DNA of 39,001 nt from Candidatus Altimarinota bacterium (GCA_041308705.1 JBFZBA010000061.1:1-39001), one strand, 5' to 3'. Positions 1 through 10,699 are shown, counted from the stretch's first letter. Notes: generated by a model not told the origin, from the letters alone. A program made the numbers and translations.

Positions 1-1
1 G

Positions 2-682
2 CATAAAGCTGAAATGGCAGAGGCATTTAAGAAAAACAATATCGACGGCGATCTCCTCCAGGAAGAACAAAACCTCATCACAGCCCTCACCCCGAAATAC
101 CCATTTCTCGCGGGAAAAACTTCTCTTGAGGGATTTCTCATGCCAGATACATACAGGATAACTGGCGGAACAGACCTCGAGACTATGGTAAGTAAAATGC
201 TCGATAATTTCCAGATACGAATCTACGATCCATTTCTCGCCAGTGGCAAACCTGTTGATGCATTTTATGATGTACTCATCCTCGCCTCTATCGTCGGTGA
301 AGAAGAAAAGAGCTCTACTCAGCTCCCGATAGTCGCCGATATTCTCAAGAAACGACTCCGCCAAGGATGGCACATAGGTGCTGATATCACCGTCTGCTAC
401 GCTGAGCTCATACCAGGAAATGAATGCCAAAAATATGTAAACAATCACTATAGCCTGGCAAAAAGTGTTCGTGATGCAAAAAATAACATCTACGATACTA
501 GAACAAAAATGGGGCTCCCCCCAACACCAATAGCCAGCATATCAAAAGAAGCATTTATGGCGACACTTAATGCAACGGCCGAAACAGCAGCATGGTATTA
601 CCTGCATGACTCTGAGGGAATCATACGAACAGCAACGAGCGAAGCTGAACATGAAGCAAACAAGTCAAAATATCTCCGATAA
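2..682 (+). CDS. mltG: Endolytic murein transglycosylase MltG/YceG family, C-terminal part (5' end lies upstream of the window)
   Basis: The frame is open from base 2. Motifs LILASIVGEEE, GADITVCYA, YDTRTKMGLPPTPIASIS and WYYL are typical of YceG/MltG. TAA at 680-682. Confidence 0.8.
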   Translation, partial: HKAEMAEAFKKNNIDGDLLQEEQNLITALTPKYPFLAGKTSLEGFLMPDTYRITGGTDLETMVSKMLDNFQIRIYDPFLASGKPVDAFYDVLILASIVGEEEKSSTQLPIVADILKKRLRQGWHIGADITVCYAELIPGNECQKYVNNHYSLAKSVRDAKNNIYDTRTKMGLPPTPIASISKEAFMATLNATAETAAWYYLHDSEGIIRTATSEAEHEANKSKYLR

Positions 683-691
683 TCACACAGG

Positions 692-1162
692 ATGGATAAA
701 AATACAATCCGTCTCCTCGTGAAGGAAAAAATAGGATCAATGTTGCCTGATTCAAAGACACAGGAAAGTGATGAAGTCTGTCAAAATCTTATACAAAATC
801 TGAATCAAAAAGATTTCCAGGCGCTCATAACCTACGAGCCACTTGCTGATGAAGTAGATATAACCACCATGACAAATTGGTTCCAGAATCAGTGAAAGAC
901 TGTCATAGTGCTTCCTCATCAAGGCATGACAGATATTTCACTACCTGAGAAGAGTCTTATTATAGTACCATGAAGAGCATTTACCATCGACGGAAAGCGA
1001 ATCGGACGAGGTGGTGGATTCTACGACAAACTGCTTGCAAATAATCCAATACTAGAAAGTATCGGAGTATGTTTCGCTTGTCAGATATTTCCAGATATCC
1101 CACAGGACAGCTGGGACCAAGGAGTAGATGAAGTTGTATTTGCAGAGAATACTCTAGAATAG
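692..1162 (+). CDS. 5-formyltetrahydrofolate cyclo-ligase (MTHFS family)
   Basis: ORF 692-895 continues in frame through TGA 893-895 and 971-973. Motif IVPGRAFTIDGKRIGRGGGFYDKLL. TAG at 1160-1162. Confidence 0.8.
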
Positions 1163-1166
1163 TCAC

Positions 1167-2945
1167 ATGAATTTTTGGCAAAAAACAAAACGGTTTTTGG
1201 AACCAGCTTTTGAAGATAAATGGACATTTATTTTCTTGACAGGTATAGCCTCACTTGCAGGAACATCGACATGATATATCCAGATTTACATGATCGAAGT
1301 TATAACCAGAAGTTTCTCCTGAGGGTCTCTAGATAATTTCTGGAATATTTTATGGGCTATAGTCTTTGCCTTTGCGATATCACTGGTATTTATCTGGATA
1401 CTGAGGAATTATGTATGGTGCATACCACAAATAGGTATGGAAAATGCCATGATAAAAGAATATTTTATCAGATTTTTTAAAGGAAATGCCAATACAATAG
1501 AAAATTTCTGAACAGGAAGAATGATAAACATAATCTGAAGTGGGACAGACAAGTGGTCTATGCTCCTCAATGATACAGTAACAAATGTATCTAGATGGGT
1601 GGGATTACTTTCTCTCTCCGTAGTAATACTTGTAAAAATATCGAGCGTATACGTCTGAATGTTCTTCGTCATGTTTGTCTTGATTATGCTCAATCTGGTA
1701 ATTTTTTCACGATATGGATATAACATGCGGCTCAAGAGGAAAAATATATATGTTGAAAAATCAAGGCAGCAGGCAAAGATGATCATGAACAAATTTGAAG
1801 TGCTTCAAAATAACAGAATTTTGTGAGAAATAAAAAAGCTCGTGGATATAAATATAGACATCAGACAAATATCTCAAAAAATACAAAGTATAAATGTAGG
1901 GACCTGGCAAATAAGCAGGGTTATTATTGCAACATTTACATTAAGCATTTGTGTACTGTTCTACGAACGAGCAAAAACTGAAGGGGTTAATCCTTTATTT
2001 ATAGCAGAACTTGGCTCGATTATGTGACTTATGGCAACATTTTCGAGTTATTTTAATCTCCTCATAGAATGGTATATTACATTCACAAAAGAAATAGTGC
2101 ATGTTGAAAAACTTTGGGATTTTATTGATAAAACAGATGAAATCGAATGATACGATCGAGGTGAAAAATTTGAATTTAAAAATGGAGATTACGAATTGAA
2201 AAATTTGAATTTTTCCTATCAAAAAAATAATACAGTCATAAAAAATTTCTGAATGAAGATATCTGGATGAAAGAGGACGGCTTTAGTAGGTCGGAGTTGA
2301 TCATGAAAAACAACCCTCATGAAACTCCTCGCAGGCTACATGAAGCCAACAGGATGAGAGCTCCTCATAGATGGTCAGGATATCTCAAAAATACGACTCG
2401 ATAGCTACTATCCTCATATCGGTTATCTCACTCAGGAACCATCAGTATTTGATGGCACAATAGAAGAAAATCTCCTCTATGGAACAAAGAAAAAACCAAC
2501 AAAAAAAGAAATAGAACAGGCTATAGAACTCGCGGAGTGTCATTTTATTTATGAGCTCGAAGATGGGATAAAAACAGAAATTGGCGAGCGTGGTGTCAGA
2601 CTGAGCTGAGGACAGAAACAACGACTAGCGATTGCAAAAATATTTCTCAAAAATCCGGAAATCATCCTCCTAGATGAACCGACAGCCGCACTTGATAGCT
2701 ACAGTGAGGAGAAGGTGGCAAAAGCATTTGAACACCTCTTCGAAGGTCGCACCGTTATAGTTATAGCACACAGGCTCCAGACAGTAAAATCAGCAGACGA
2801 TATCATCGTCCTCGAAAAATGAAAAATCGTAGAAAGAGGCACACATAAAGAACTCCTCAAGCTATGAAAGAAATACGCTGGTATGGTAGATCTACAGAGC
2901 GGAGTGGTGAAAGAAGGAGACGAAGAATCTTTAATTCAGAACTAA
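1167..2945 (+). CDS. ABC exporter, fused permease plus ATPase (MsbA/ABCB-like), about 592 aa
   Basis: One frame is open from ATG 1167 to TAA 2943-2945 when TGA = Gly (about 17 TGA codons). Walker A ALVGRSGSGKTT has both central Gly as TGA (2298-2300, 2304-2306). Signature LSGGQKQRLAIAK has a TGA at 2607-2609. Walker B ILLDEPTAALD. H-loop IAHRL. Confidence 0.9.
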
Positions 2946-2951
2946 GACACT

Positions 2952-3749
2952 ATGAAATTTTCTTGTTCTCCTGACAATCTCCATATCCTCGCTGACTTTG
3001 ATCTGACTCTCACGTTAGCATGAACATGAAGGAAATTTCGTTCTATTGTTTCACTCCTTCGCAGTGGAGAATACTTGAGAGAAGACTACGCATCACGAGC
3101 ACATGAACTTTTTGACCACTATCGTCCGATTGAAGTAGATCCAAATATTCCTCTCGAAGAGAAAAAATGACTGATGAGAGAATGGTGGCAGAAGCATTTC
3201 GAACTCATGATCGAATGTTGACTCACAAAAACCGATGTAGAAAGTATTACCGAAAAAAGCCATCTCGAACTTCGTCCAAAAGTTGCTGAAACATTACAAC
3301 TCCTGAATGAGAATAATATCCCTGTGGTCATCATTTCTGCGAGTGCTATTGGTGAAGCTGTCCCACTTTTTCTCACAAAAAATCAGTGTAATTTTCCAAA
3401 TATTTCGTTCGTTTGTAATCGATTTATCTGGGACGAAAAAGGCATCGCAAGAGATGTATGAAAACCTATCGTTCATTCATATAATAAAGATGAAACAGTA
3501 TTGAGGGATTTTCCGGCTGTGTTTACACAGATTCAAGATAGAAAAAATGTCATCCTCCTGGGTGATAGCCTGTGAGACATCGGAATGATTGAAGGATTCG
3601 ACTACGATGCACTCCTCAAAATAGGTTTTCTCAATCCTGGATCAGAAGGTATGCGGACCAAATATTTCGAAGCCTTTGATACTGTTATAGAAAACGACGG
3701 CGATTTTTCTCTTGTGAACGAGACCATTCGCACTATTATCTGAGAATAA
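2952..3749 (+). CDS. HAD-superfamily pyrimidine 5'-nucleotidase, cytosolic 5'-nucleotidase III (UMPH-1)-like
   Basis: Hand translation with 7 TGA = Gly. Motifs: HAD motif I LADFDLTLT, VVIISASAIGE, NRFIWDEKG...VHSYNKDE, ILLGDSLGDIGMIEG and LLKIGFLNP, which resemble the cN-III family. TAA at 3747-3749. Confidence 0.7.
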
Positions 3750-3797
3750 CTCATCTATTTTGTCTTTTGTACTTTGTACTTTGTATTTTTAGTTTTT

Positions 3798-4664
3798 ATG
3801 CCTCTCATCGCCTCCCATCTCCTCCTCAAATCCTACCCAGACTATGAACTCCTCGATTCTGGAGATGGTATGAAATTTGAGCGTTATTGAAGTTTCAAGA
3901 TAGCACGACCGGAATCTCAAGCGCTCTGGGGCCGCCGACAAGAAGATTGGAGTTGGGATGCTTTTTTCGACAAAAGTGGTGGCGGTCAAGGAAGCTGGAT
4001 GAAAACACCCGACGATGTCCGAGATTGGGTGATGTCCTATGGCGATCTCACATGGCAATGTCGATGGTCTCCTTATCGTCATGTGGGAGTATTTCCTGAA
4101 CAAGCTGTCCACTGGGATTGGACGAGAGAAATTATCCGAAAATCTGGTAGAAAAGAAGTAAAAGTATTGAATCTCTTTGCCTACACAGGAATAGCCTCAA
4201 TAGCCTGTGCAAAAGAAGGGGCTAAGGTAACTCATGTTGATGGATCAAAACCAACCATTGGATGGGCTCAGAAAAACATGGAACTCTCAGCTTTGCCCAA
4301 TGATTCTATTAGATGGATACTCGAGGATGTGGTCAAATTTGTCGAACGAGAAGCACGCAGATGAAATACCTATGACGGATTTATCATGGATCCTCCGGTA
4401 TTCGGTCATGGAGCCAATGGTGAAAAATGGGAATTCGATACTTCTTTTCCTCTCCTTCTCGAGAGTATAAAGAGAATCATCTCTCCAGATCCCCTATTCT
4501 TCCTCGTAAATACCTATGCCTCGAGCATATTCTCGACGACACTGGCAAATATCCTCGCAGACATACTGCCAGCAGGCACGATAGAGCATGGCGAGCTCGG
4601 CATACAGGAAACGGAGGGTGAGAGGAGTATTACGACAGGAGTGTACGCTCGTTGGAAGAGATAA
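3798..4664 (+). CDS. Class I SAM-dependent methyltransferase (COG1092/RlmI-like rRNA m5C methyltransferase family)
   Basis: ATG 3798 is in frame with ORFs 3999-4364 and 4386-4664 through TGA codons. Motifs YELLDSGDGMKFERYG, VLNLFAYTGIASIACAKEGAKVTHVDGS and FIMDPPVFG. Confidence 0.75.
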
Positions 4665-5807
4665 CTATATCTTGCCCATGGCGATATTTTTTGACTTCTG
4701 AACTCGTGAGATAAATGTTTCGGCTATGCGAGATTGTTCGACAAATCTATCCTTCATGTGCACCAGATTTCTCACACGGAGGATGATACCTCGATGATCA
4801 GTGAGTACATGAATCTGGGGTTTGAGGTCAGCATCTGTGAAATTATAGATAGATTTGAAGAGGCTGATTTCTTTTCTCGAATTATAGTACTGAGGCAGAG
4901 CATTGTATCCGACGACTTCCATGAGGAGCTCTTTTGCGGCGGCTATATCACTCTCATAGGTAAGGAGAAAATCATTTGATATCATGAGAAAATCAGAACC
5001 ATGGGACCAGTTTTTGATACTTTTCTCAAAAATAGTTTTGTTTGGAAATGATATGATTTTACCGGTAAATCATTGCACTCAATACTCCTCGATAGTCGTC
5101 AGGAGGGGCGTGATAGATTTGACTCGACCAGTCATAGTATCGAGCTCTATGAGATCACCGGGCTGATAACCAGAATCAGCTTCTATCACAAACCATCCGA
5201 TAAAAGACGACACCACTTCTCTGAGAGAGAAACCAATGGCCGTCGTGAGAATTGCAATAAAAGGCAGGAATGAGATAAATTCAGCAGAAAATATCATCAG
5301 AAGGGCCGCGAAGAAGAGAATGTAGAAAAACCATTTGTGGAGGGAGAAGAGAACTTCTCGGTGTGATTTGGAAAATCAGCCCGCAAAACGAGACAAGAAA
5401 CTTCTCGAAACAACATGGAGGAAGTAGATAAATATAAATACCAGGAGATACCACGAAAATTGCTGAATAGTACTGCCTATTTGATGAGAACGCAATTCTT
5501 GCAAACGCTCAATATCGAGATTGATTTCATCGAGCTCTGACTGTTTTTTCTGAAGAAAATCCTCTCTCCTTTGTTCAGCTGTTTCATCATTTTCATTAAG
5601 AGGCCTCTGCTTCTCAATACTTATAATCGATAAAATCTCCAATTGTCTCTGTTTGAGCTTTTTGAGCGTATCAGATGAGGTCACTTCAGCAGTTTTTTCA
5701 TAACTCGGAAAGAGTGAGATAGACGCAGACAGACTATTTGCATCCTGCGAAAAGACGAGCGGAAAAGAAAAAAGAAATATAGAGAGAAAAACGAGAAAGC
5801 GTCGCAT
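4665..5807 (-). CDS. MscS-family mechanosensitive channel with N-terminal signal peptide and coiled-coil segment
   Basis: ORFs 5376-5807, 5079-5297 and 4665-4985 share one frame. I translated the junctions and found only TGA codons, no TAA/TAG. The TM3-beta domain signature GDLIELDTMTGRVKSITPLLTTIEEYGVQGFTGKIISFPN is present. Confidence 0.75.
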
Positions 5808-5810
5808 GGT

Positions 5811-6185
5811 TTATTTGGTGTAATCTACGATATAAATACTTCCTCTGACGAGGACGAGTCCACTCTTCTGGTCAAAAATAACAGGAAATATAGGGTCACA
5901 CGACTGTACACCGAGAATATTGGCGACCCGTGGGCATACTTTTGTAGTAGCATCACAGATAGGACGAATAGTGGCAATTATTTTACCATTCTTGAGCTGA
6001 GCAGCGATACAACTATTTAGACTCACACTAGTGACTGCGGGCGACAGTGTAGGACAGCCTGTGGTCGAGCGAGCATAGACTCTCGGGCAGATATCCTGGT
6101 CGTCTGCTACACCATCTGCATCGGTATCTGTGAGGGCAAAAGCAAGCGCTGAAAGCGACCAGAGAATGAGAATGATTTTTTTCAT
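5811..6185 (-). CDS. Small secreted Cys-rich protein with a thrombospondin type-3-like Ca-binding repeat
   Basis: Signal peptide MKKIILILWSLSALAFA followed by DTDADGVADDQDICP. Eight further Cys residues. The gene lies 3 nt downstream of the MscS gene. Confidence 0.6.
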   Translation of the reverse strand: MKKIILILWSLSALAFALTDTDADGVADDQDICPRVYARSTTGCPTLSPAVTSVSLNSCIAAQLKNGKIIATIRPICDATTKVCPRVANILGVQSCDPIFPVIFDQKSGLVLVRGSIYIVDYTK

Positions 6186-6271
6186 AACTAAATGGTATCA
6201 TAAAATCCCATAGAAATCAAACTTTGTAGCGACAAAAATTGCATTTTCATCCTTTTTATTAAGATACAGAC

Positions 6272-8188
6272 ATGTCTATCCGAAACTTCTGAATTATTGC
6301 GCATATCGATCACGGCAAATCAACCCTTGCAGATAGGATGCTCGAATTCACAGGAACCAAGGAAAAACGCGAAATGAAAAACAGCCAGATGCTCGATACA
6401 ATGGAGATAGAGCAGGAGCGTGGAATTACAATAAAACTCACACCAGTACGGATGTCCTGGAAAGGAAATGAAATCAATCTCATAGATACGCCAGGACATG
6501 TGGATTTCCAGTATGAGGTCTCGCGAAGTCTGGCATCAGTTGAATGAGTCGTTCTGGTGGTCGATGCAACGCAATGAATCGAAGCTCAGACACTCTCAAA
6601 TCTCTACATGGCGATTGAACATAATCTCGTCATCATACCCGTCCTGAATAAGATAGACCTCCCAAGCGCAGATGTCCCACGCGTCACACGCGAGATAGTC
6701 TCGCTGATAGGTTGCGATGAAGCGGATATCATACCCGTCTCTGCAAAGGTAGGAACCAATGTCGACAAAGTCCTCGATGCTATCGTTGAGCGAATCCCCG
6801 AACCAAGAAAAATAAATCGAAAGTGAGAAATAATTGCAGCGATGCCCCCTTGAGAAAGGGGGGTAGGGGGGATTTGGTGAATTGAAGAAGTCGTTCCAGA
6901 AAGTGTAAAGTTGTGATTAATATTTGATTCTCAGTACGATTCATATCGTGGTGTCGTCATCTATATCAAAATTTTTTCAGGTGAGATAAAACGAGGCGAT
7001 AAAATCACACTCATGAGTACCGACACTGTTGTCGATGTTCTCGAAGTAGGTTGTTTCAAACCAGAATATCACCCACTCCCCTCACTGAAATCATGAGAAA
7101 TCGGCTACATAGTCACAGGAATTAAGACACTGCAAGAAGCCCGCGTCGGAGATACTATTTTTGCCGGTGCACCAGAGTACAAACACCCTATTCCAGGATT
7201 TCAAAAAGTTGTCCCCTATGTCTTTGCTGGAGTCTACCCGGTCGATACAGAAGACTACAACCAGCTCAAGACGGACATCGAGAAACTCAAGATGAGTGAC
7301 AGTAGTCTGACAAACGAACACGAAGTCTCCCCCGCTCTCGGACATGGATTCCGTTGTGGATTTCTCGGACTCCTCCATATGGAAATTGTAAAGGAGCGCC
7401 TCGATCGAGAATTTGATTTGGATGTGATTTTAACATCTCCTCAAGTGACCTATCAAGTGATGATGCCCGGAGACCACAGCCATGAATTCAAGAATACTCC
7501 TCTCAAGGTCGAACAGATTGGAGAAAAAACCTACACCCGCCTCTGGATCAGAAATCCAGAAAATCTCCCAGAACCAGGAACCTACGAATGGATAGAAGAG
7601 CCTATTGTGAAGCTCGAGATAATCACTCGGTCAGATATGGTCGGTGAGATGATGAAGCTCGCTCAAGAACATCGTGGTATCTACAAAAATCAGGCATATA
7701 TCGATGAGAATCGCTCAATCCTGACCTACGAGATACCCATGGCAGAGATTATCACCGATTTCTACGACGAACTAAAATCTCGCTCATCAGGCTATGCGAG
7801 TATGAGCTACGAACAATTGAACTACAAAAGAGACGACCTTGTGAAGATAGATATCCTCGTGAACAACGAGCGAGTCTCAGCTTTCTCAACAATCACACAC
7901 AGAAGTAAATCATTCCATGTCGGAGTTGAGCTCTGTGGCAAGCTGAAAGAAGCCATCCCAAAACAACTCTTCTCTATCCCCATCCAGGCAGCTATTGGTG
8001 CGAAAGTCATCGCTCGTGAAACCATCTCACCACACAGAAAAGATGTCATAGGGCACCTCTACGGGGGCGATGTCACCCGAAAGAACAAACTCCTCGACAA
8101 ACAAAAGAAGGGAAAGAAAAAGATGAAAGAATTTGGAAAAGTCTCAATCCCGAGTGAGACATTTATTGATATTTTGAAGAAAAAATAA
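6272..8188 (+). CDS. lepA: Translation elongation factor 4 (LepA), carrying an extra insertion of about 28 aa after the G domain
   Basis: [30 protein letters not shown] and NKIDL are present. ORFs 6338-6547, 6608-6826 and 7292-8188 are all in frame with ATG 6272. [23 protein letters not shown] and the C-terminal [13 protein letters not shown] are typical of LepA. Confidence 0.93.
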
Positions 8189-8189
8189 T

Positions 8190-8702
8190 ATGCCAGAAAT
8201 AATAGCAATTACCGAAATTCCCGACGCATTAAGAAAGGTAAAAGAAGCAGGATATACATTGGAAGAACTCTTTGAACAAAGACATTCACTCTTCTCTCCT
8301 CAAGAACTACAACAAATAGATGCAGATTGTGTAAATGGGGACCCCTGAAGTCCAGAACATACTGAACTATGTCAATATGGTCTAGCAACCATGCTGGTCA
8401 ATAAACAAAGAGAAAAATACGAACAAGCTATGCGAAGAGGACCTCTAGAAAACTGTGATAATACTTTCTCTAGTAGTAATGATGAATGGAGAGAAAAAAT
8501 GAAAAAGGTTCGAGTCGTAGAATTTTGGACAGGGTATCCAAATAAACCAGCCCCAACGATAAAAGAAAAAAGAAAAGCCCTTTCAGAATACAGATCCTGA
8601 AATACTGCTATTTTCGAAAGAAGATTAGGAGCCTACCATTTACCGAAAAATATTACAGATGAAGAATTAATTCACTGGGATGGAGAACCGCTAGTTAAAT
8701 AA
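8190..8702 (+). CDS. Hypothetical protein (170 aa), translationally coupled to lepA
   Basis: ATG lies 1 nt after the lepA stop. The frame is open through TGA 8346-8348 and 8598-8600 to TAA 8700-8702. I recognised no motif. Confidence 0.5.
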
Positions 8703-9227
8703 TTACTTTTCACTCTTCCCGTGAGCATCATCAAAATTGAGCTGTAGGCTATTTGTCGGACCATTGTAGAGTTCACAGAGAACTCCTGCAGAGGCATACA
8801 TCCTCTTTGCGGCGAGAAATTCATCACGAGCCTCATATGTAGGACTGGTGAGGTAGACGACGCGTTTAATGCCAACTTGGACGATGAGCTTCGCGCATTC
8901 ATTACAGGTCGGCATAGCGCAGTAGAGAGTCGCTCATTGCATATCTCGACCCATAGAGTTCAATATAGCATTTGCCTCAGCGTGGACGACATAAGCGTGT
9001 TTTGAATCATACAGACGCAGGAGATTCCCCTCTTCATCTCGGCCACGTGCATGCGGGAATTCATCATCAGGACATCCTCGCGGAAATCCGTTGTAACCAA
9101 TTCCCACAATTCGATTATGTGAATCGACGATGCACGCGCCTATCTTGGTACGAGCATCTTTACTCCTCTGAGCGGAGAGGAGCGCCAGTCCCATGAAGTA
9201 TTGATCCCAGGTTATTCGTTCTGCCAT
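8703..9227 (-). CDS. comEB: dCMP deaminase (ComEB/cytidine-deoxycytidylate deaminase zinc-binding family)
   Basis: ORFs 8934-9227 and 8703-8915 are joined by one TGA (MQ-G-ATLYCAMPTCNECAK). Zinc motifs VHAEANA and PTCNEC are present. Confidence 0.88.
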
Positions 9228-9252
9228 AAATAAATTTTAATTTGTTTAAAAC

Positions 9253-9261
9253 ATTATAACA
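9253..9261 (-). promoter_or_regulatory. Candidate extended -10 promoter element (TGTTATAAT) for the dCMP deaminase gene
   Basis: The minus-strand sequence ttgttataatg lies about 25 nt upstream of ATG 9227. I saw no convincing -35 element. Confidence 0.3.
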
Positions 9262-9286
9262 ATTCTCTCAAAAACAGAAATAGGTT

Positions 9287-9366
9287 TTTAGGGTAATGAC
9301 TGTCTGAGCGGGATGAATACAGAGAATAAGCTGAAAGCTGTTTATAGCGAGTTTCATTACCCTAAA
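9287..9366. repeat. Perfect 13-bp inverted repeat (TTTAGGGTAATGA / TCATTACCCTAAA) enclosing 54 nt
   Basis: Arms at 9287-9299 and 9354-9366 were read directly. The element lies in the 202-nt spacer between two minus-strand genes. A second 9-bp AT-rich hairpin lies at about 9378-9399. Confidence 0.5.
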
Positions 9367-9429
9367 TGATTTTGGTACTTTTTTCATAAAAAGTACGAAG
9401 ACTGACTCTGAGTCGGATATAGATAGGGA

Positions 9430-10269
9430 CTACAGAAGGTGAGCAATGTCATATTTCCTCACTTCTTCGATGAGATTCTTTCTTGTTTGAATATCCTGTC
9501 TCGGTTCGTTGAGCAATACCCCTACAGGCATTTTTGCCAATTTGAGACACGAGAGGAAACTCTCATAGTTTGGCATATAACCATTTCAGACATGAACAAT
9601 ATTTCGTTCATACCATTCGCGATTCTGCACACGATTATAGGTGGGACAGAGTTGGAGGACTTCGATATAGGCAAAACCTGGGTGACGGAGTCATTCTTGG
9701 AATACGGTTGTCATATGATCCATATCATAAGAGAGAGTCCGTGCGACAAACGATGGATTACATCCAGAGAGTATGCGAAGCGAATCAACTGGGGGCGTAT
9801 CGACACCGCGAGGAGTCGCATTCATTTTCGTACCAGGCAGCGTCACAGAGCTTGCTTGTCCAGTTGTGAGGCCAAATGTCGCATTGACATGGTGTATGAA
9901 GAGAATATTTCTGTCGTGTCGAACAGTATGAATGAGATGATTAATCCCCTCGCTCAGAGTCGCACCATCACCAGCGTGAGCTATGACCGTCATCTCAGGA
10001 TGAGCAATTTTGATACCAGTTGCGAGTGGGAGAACTCGACCATGAAGCCCATGAATCGTGGTAAGCCCCACCTTATCAGATTCATTGCCAGAACATCCGA
10101 CATCATAGGCGACAATCGTCTGAGATGGTTGTCGTCACTCGAGCGTCAGCGCTTGGAAAAGTGCTTTTTGGATGCCGTAGTTTCCACAATCATCACACCA
10201 GGTCATTGGTTGATCAGTTTCTTCGAGAGAAACATAGATATCCGCATTTTTTTTGAGAGAGTCAAACAT
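9430..10269 (-). CDS. 2-oxoacid:ferredoxin oxidoreductase beta subunit (TPP-binding, KorB/PorB-like)
   Basis: ORFs 10135-10359 and 9691-10071 plus the tail to TAG 9430-9432 share one frame via three TGA codons. Motifs WCDDCGNYGI, AYDVGCSGN, GDGATLSEGINHLIH and HVNATFGLTTGQ. The start was chosen at MFDSLKK (10269). Confidence 0.8.
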
Positions 10270-10406
10270 GTGACAGATAATAGCAAAAAGAGAGAGGAAA
10301 TCCACTTTTTTATACATCCAGAGCAAAATTATGCACTTTTTTTCCAAAAAGACTTGCATTTATACACATTTGTCTAGAATACCTGGGTACTTATCTCTCC
10401 TTTTTT

Positions 10407-10643
10407 ATGTTAAAGATTCGTTTTTCTCGTGCAGGTCGTAAACATCTCCCTCACTATCGTATCGTTGTCACAGAACACACTAGACCAGTAAAATCTGGCG
10501 AAATAGATATCCTTGGCTGGTATGATGCTCATACAAAGAAGTATGAAATCAACATGGACAAAGTCCGTTCTCGAGTCGGTCAAGGTGCTCAATTGTCACC
10601 TTCTGTCGAAAAACTCCTCAAAGCAAACTCTCTCACTGTTTAG
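10407..10643 (+). CDS. rpsP: 30S ribosomal protein bS16
   Basis: MLKIRFSRAGRKHLPHYRIVV... is the canonical S16 N-terminus. Confidence 0.95.
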   Translation: MLKIRFSRAGRKHLPHYRIVVTEHTRPVKSGEIDILGWYDAHTKKYEINMDKVRSRVGQGAQLSPSVEKLLKANSLTV

Positions 10644-10699
10644 TGTAGAGTTTTAGAGTATTTGTTCGTGGCTCAGCGGTATTATCCTCTCCCCCTTTT

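Noticed and set aside
1409-2222. Minus-strand ORFs 1409-1792 and 1995-2222.
   Set aside because: They are antisense to the transmembrane domain of the ABC exporter, which is open in one frame from 1167 to 2945.
2298-2306. TGA = Trp (code 4, as in Mycoplasma or some endosymbionts).
   Set aside because: The TGA positions fall in GxxGx[16 protein letters not shown]-flanking, GNPG and G|FTLVE contexts, where Gly is essentially invariant and Trp is implausible. TGG is used separately for Trp.
6819-6905. The lepA insertion as an excisable element or mini-intein, suggested by the 7-bp direct repeat GAAAGTG at 6819-6825 and 6899-6905.
   Set aside because: The repeats are 80 nt apart, which is not a multiple of 3, so precise excision would frameshift lepA. 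The segment is far too short for an intein or intron, and no endonuclease or splice motifs are visible.
6272-8188. lepA, secA, ftsH, dnaB, the ABC transporter and others appear as strings of short ORFs, which could be read as pseudogenes or a decaying genome.
   Set aside because: All fragments of each gene share one frame. The only interruptions are TGA codons, many at invariant Gly positions. No frameshifts or TAA/TAG interruptions were found in the junctions I translated.
9439-10377. 312-aa plus-strand ORF, the longest uninterrupted ORF in this region.
   Set aside because: It is antisense to a well-supported 2-oxoacid:ferredoxin oxidoreductase beta subunit. The translation is low-complexity and His/Arg/Ile-rich with no motifs, so it is a shadow ORF.
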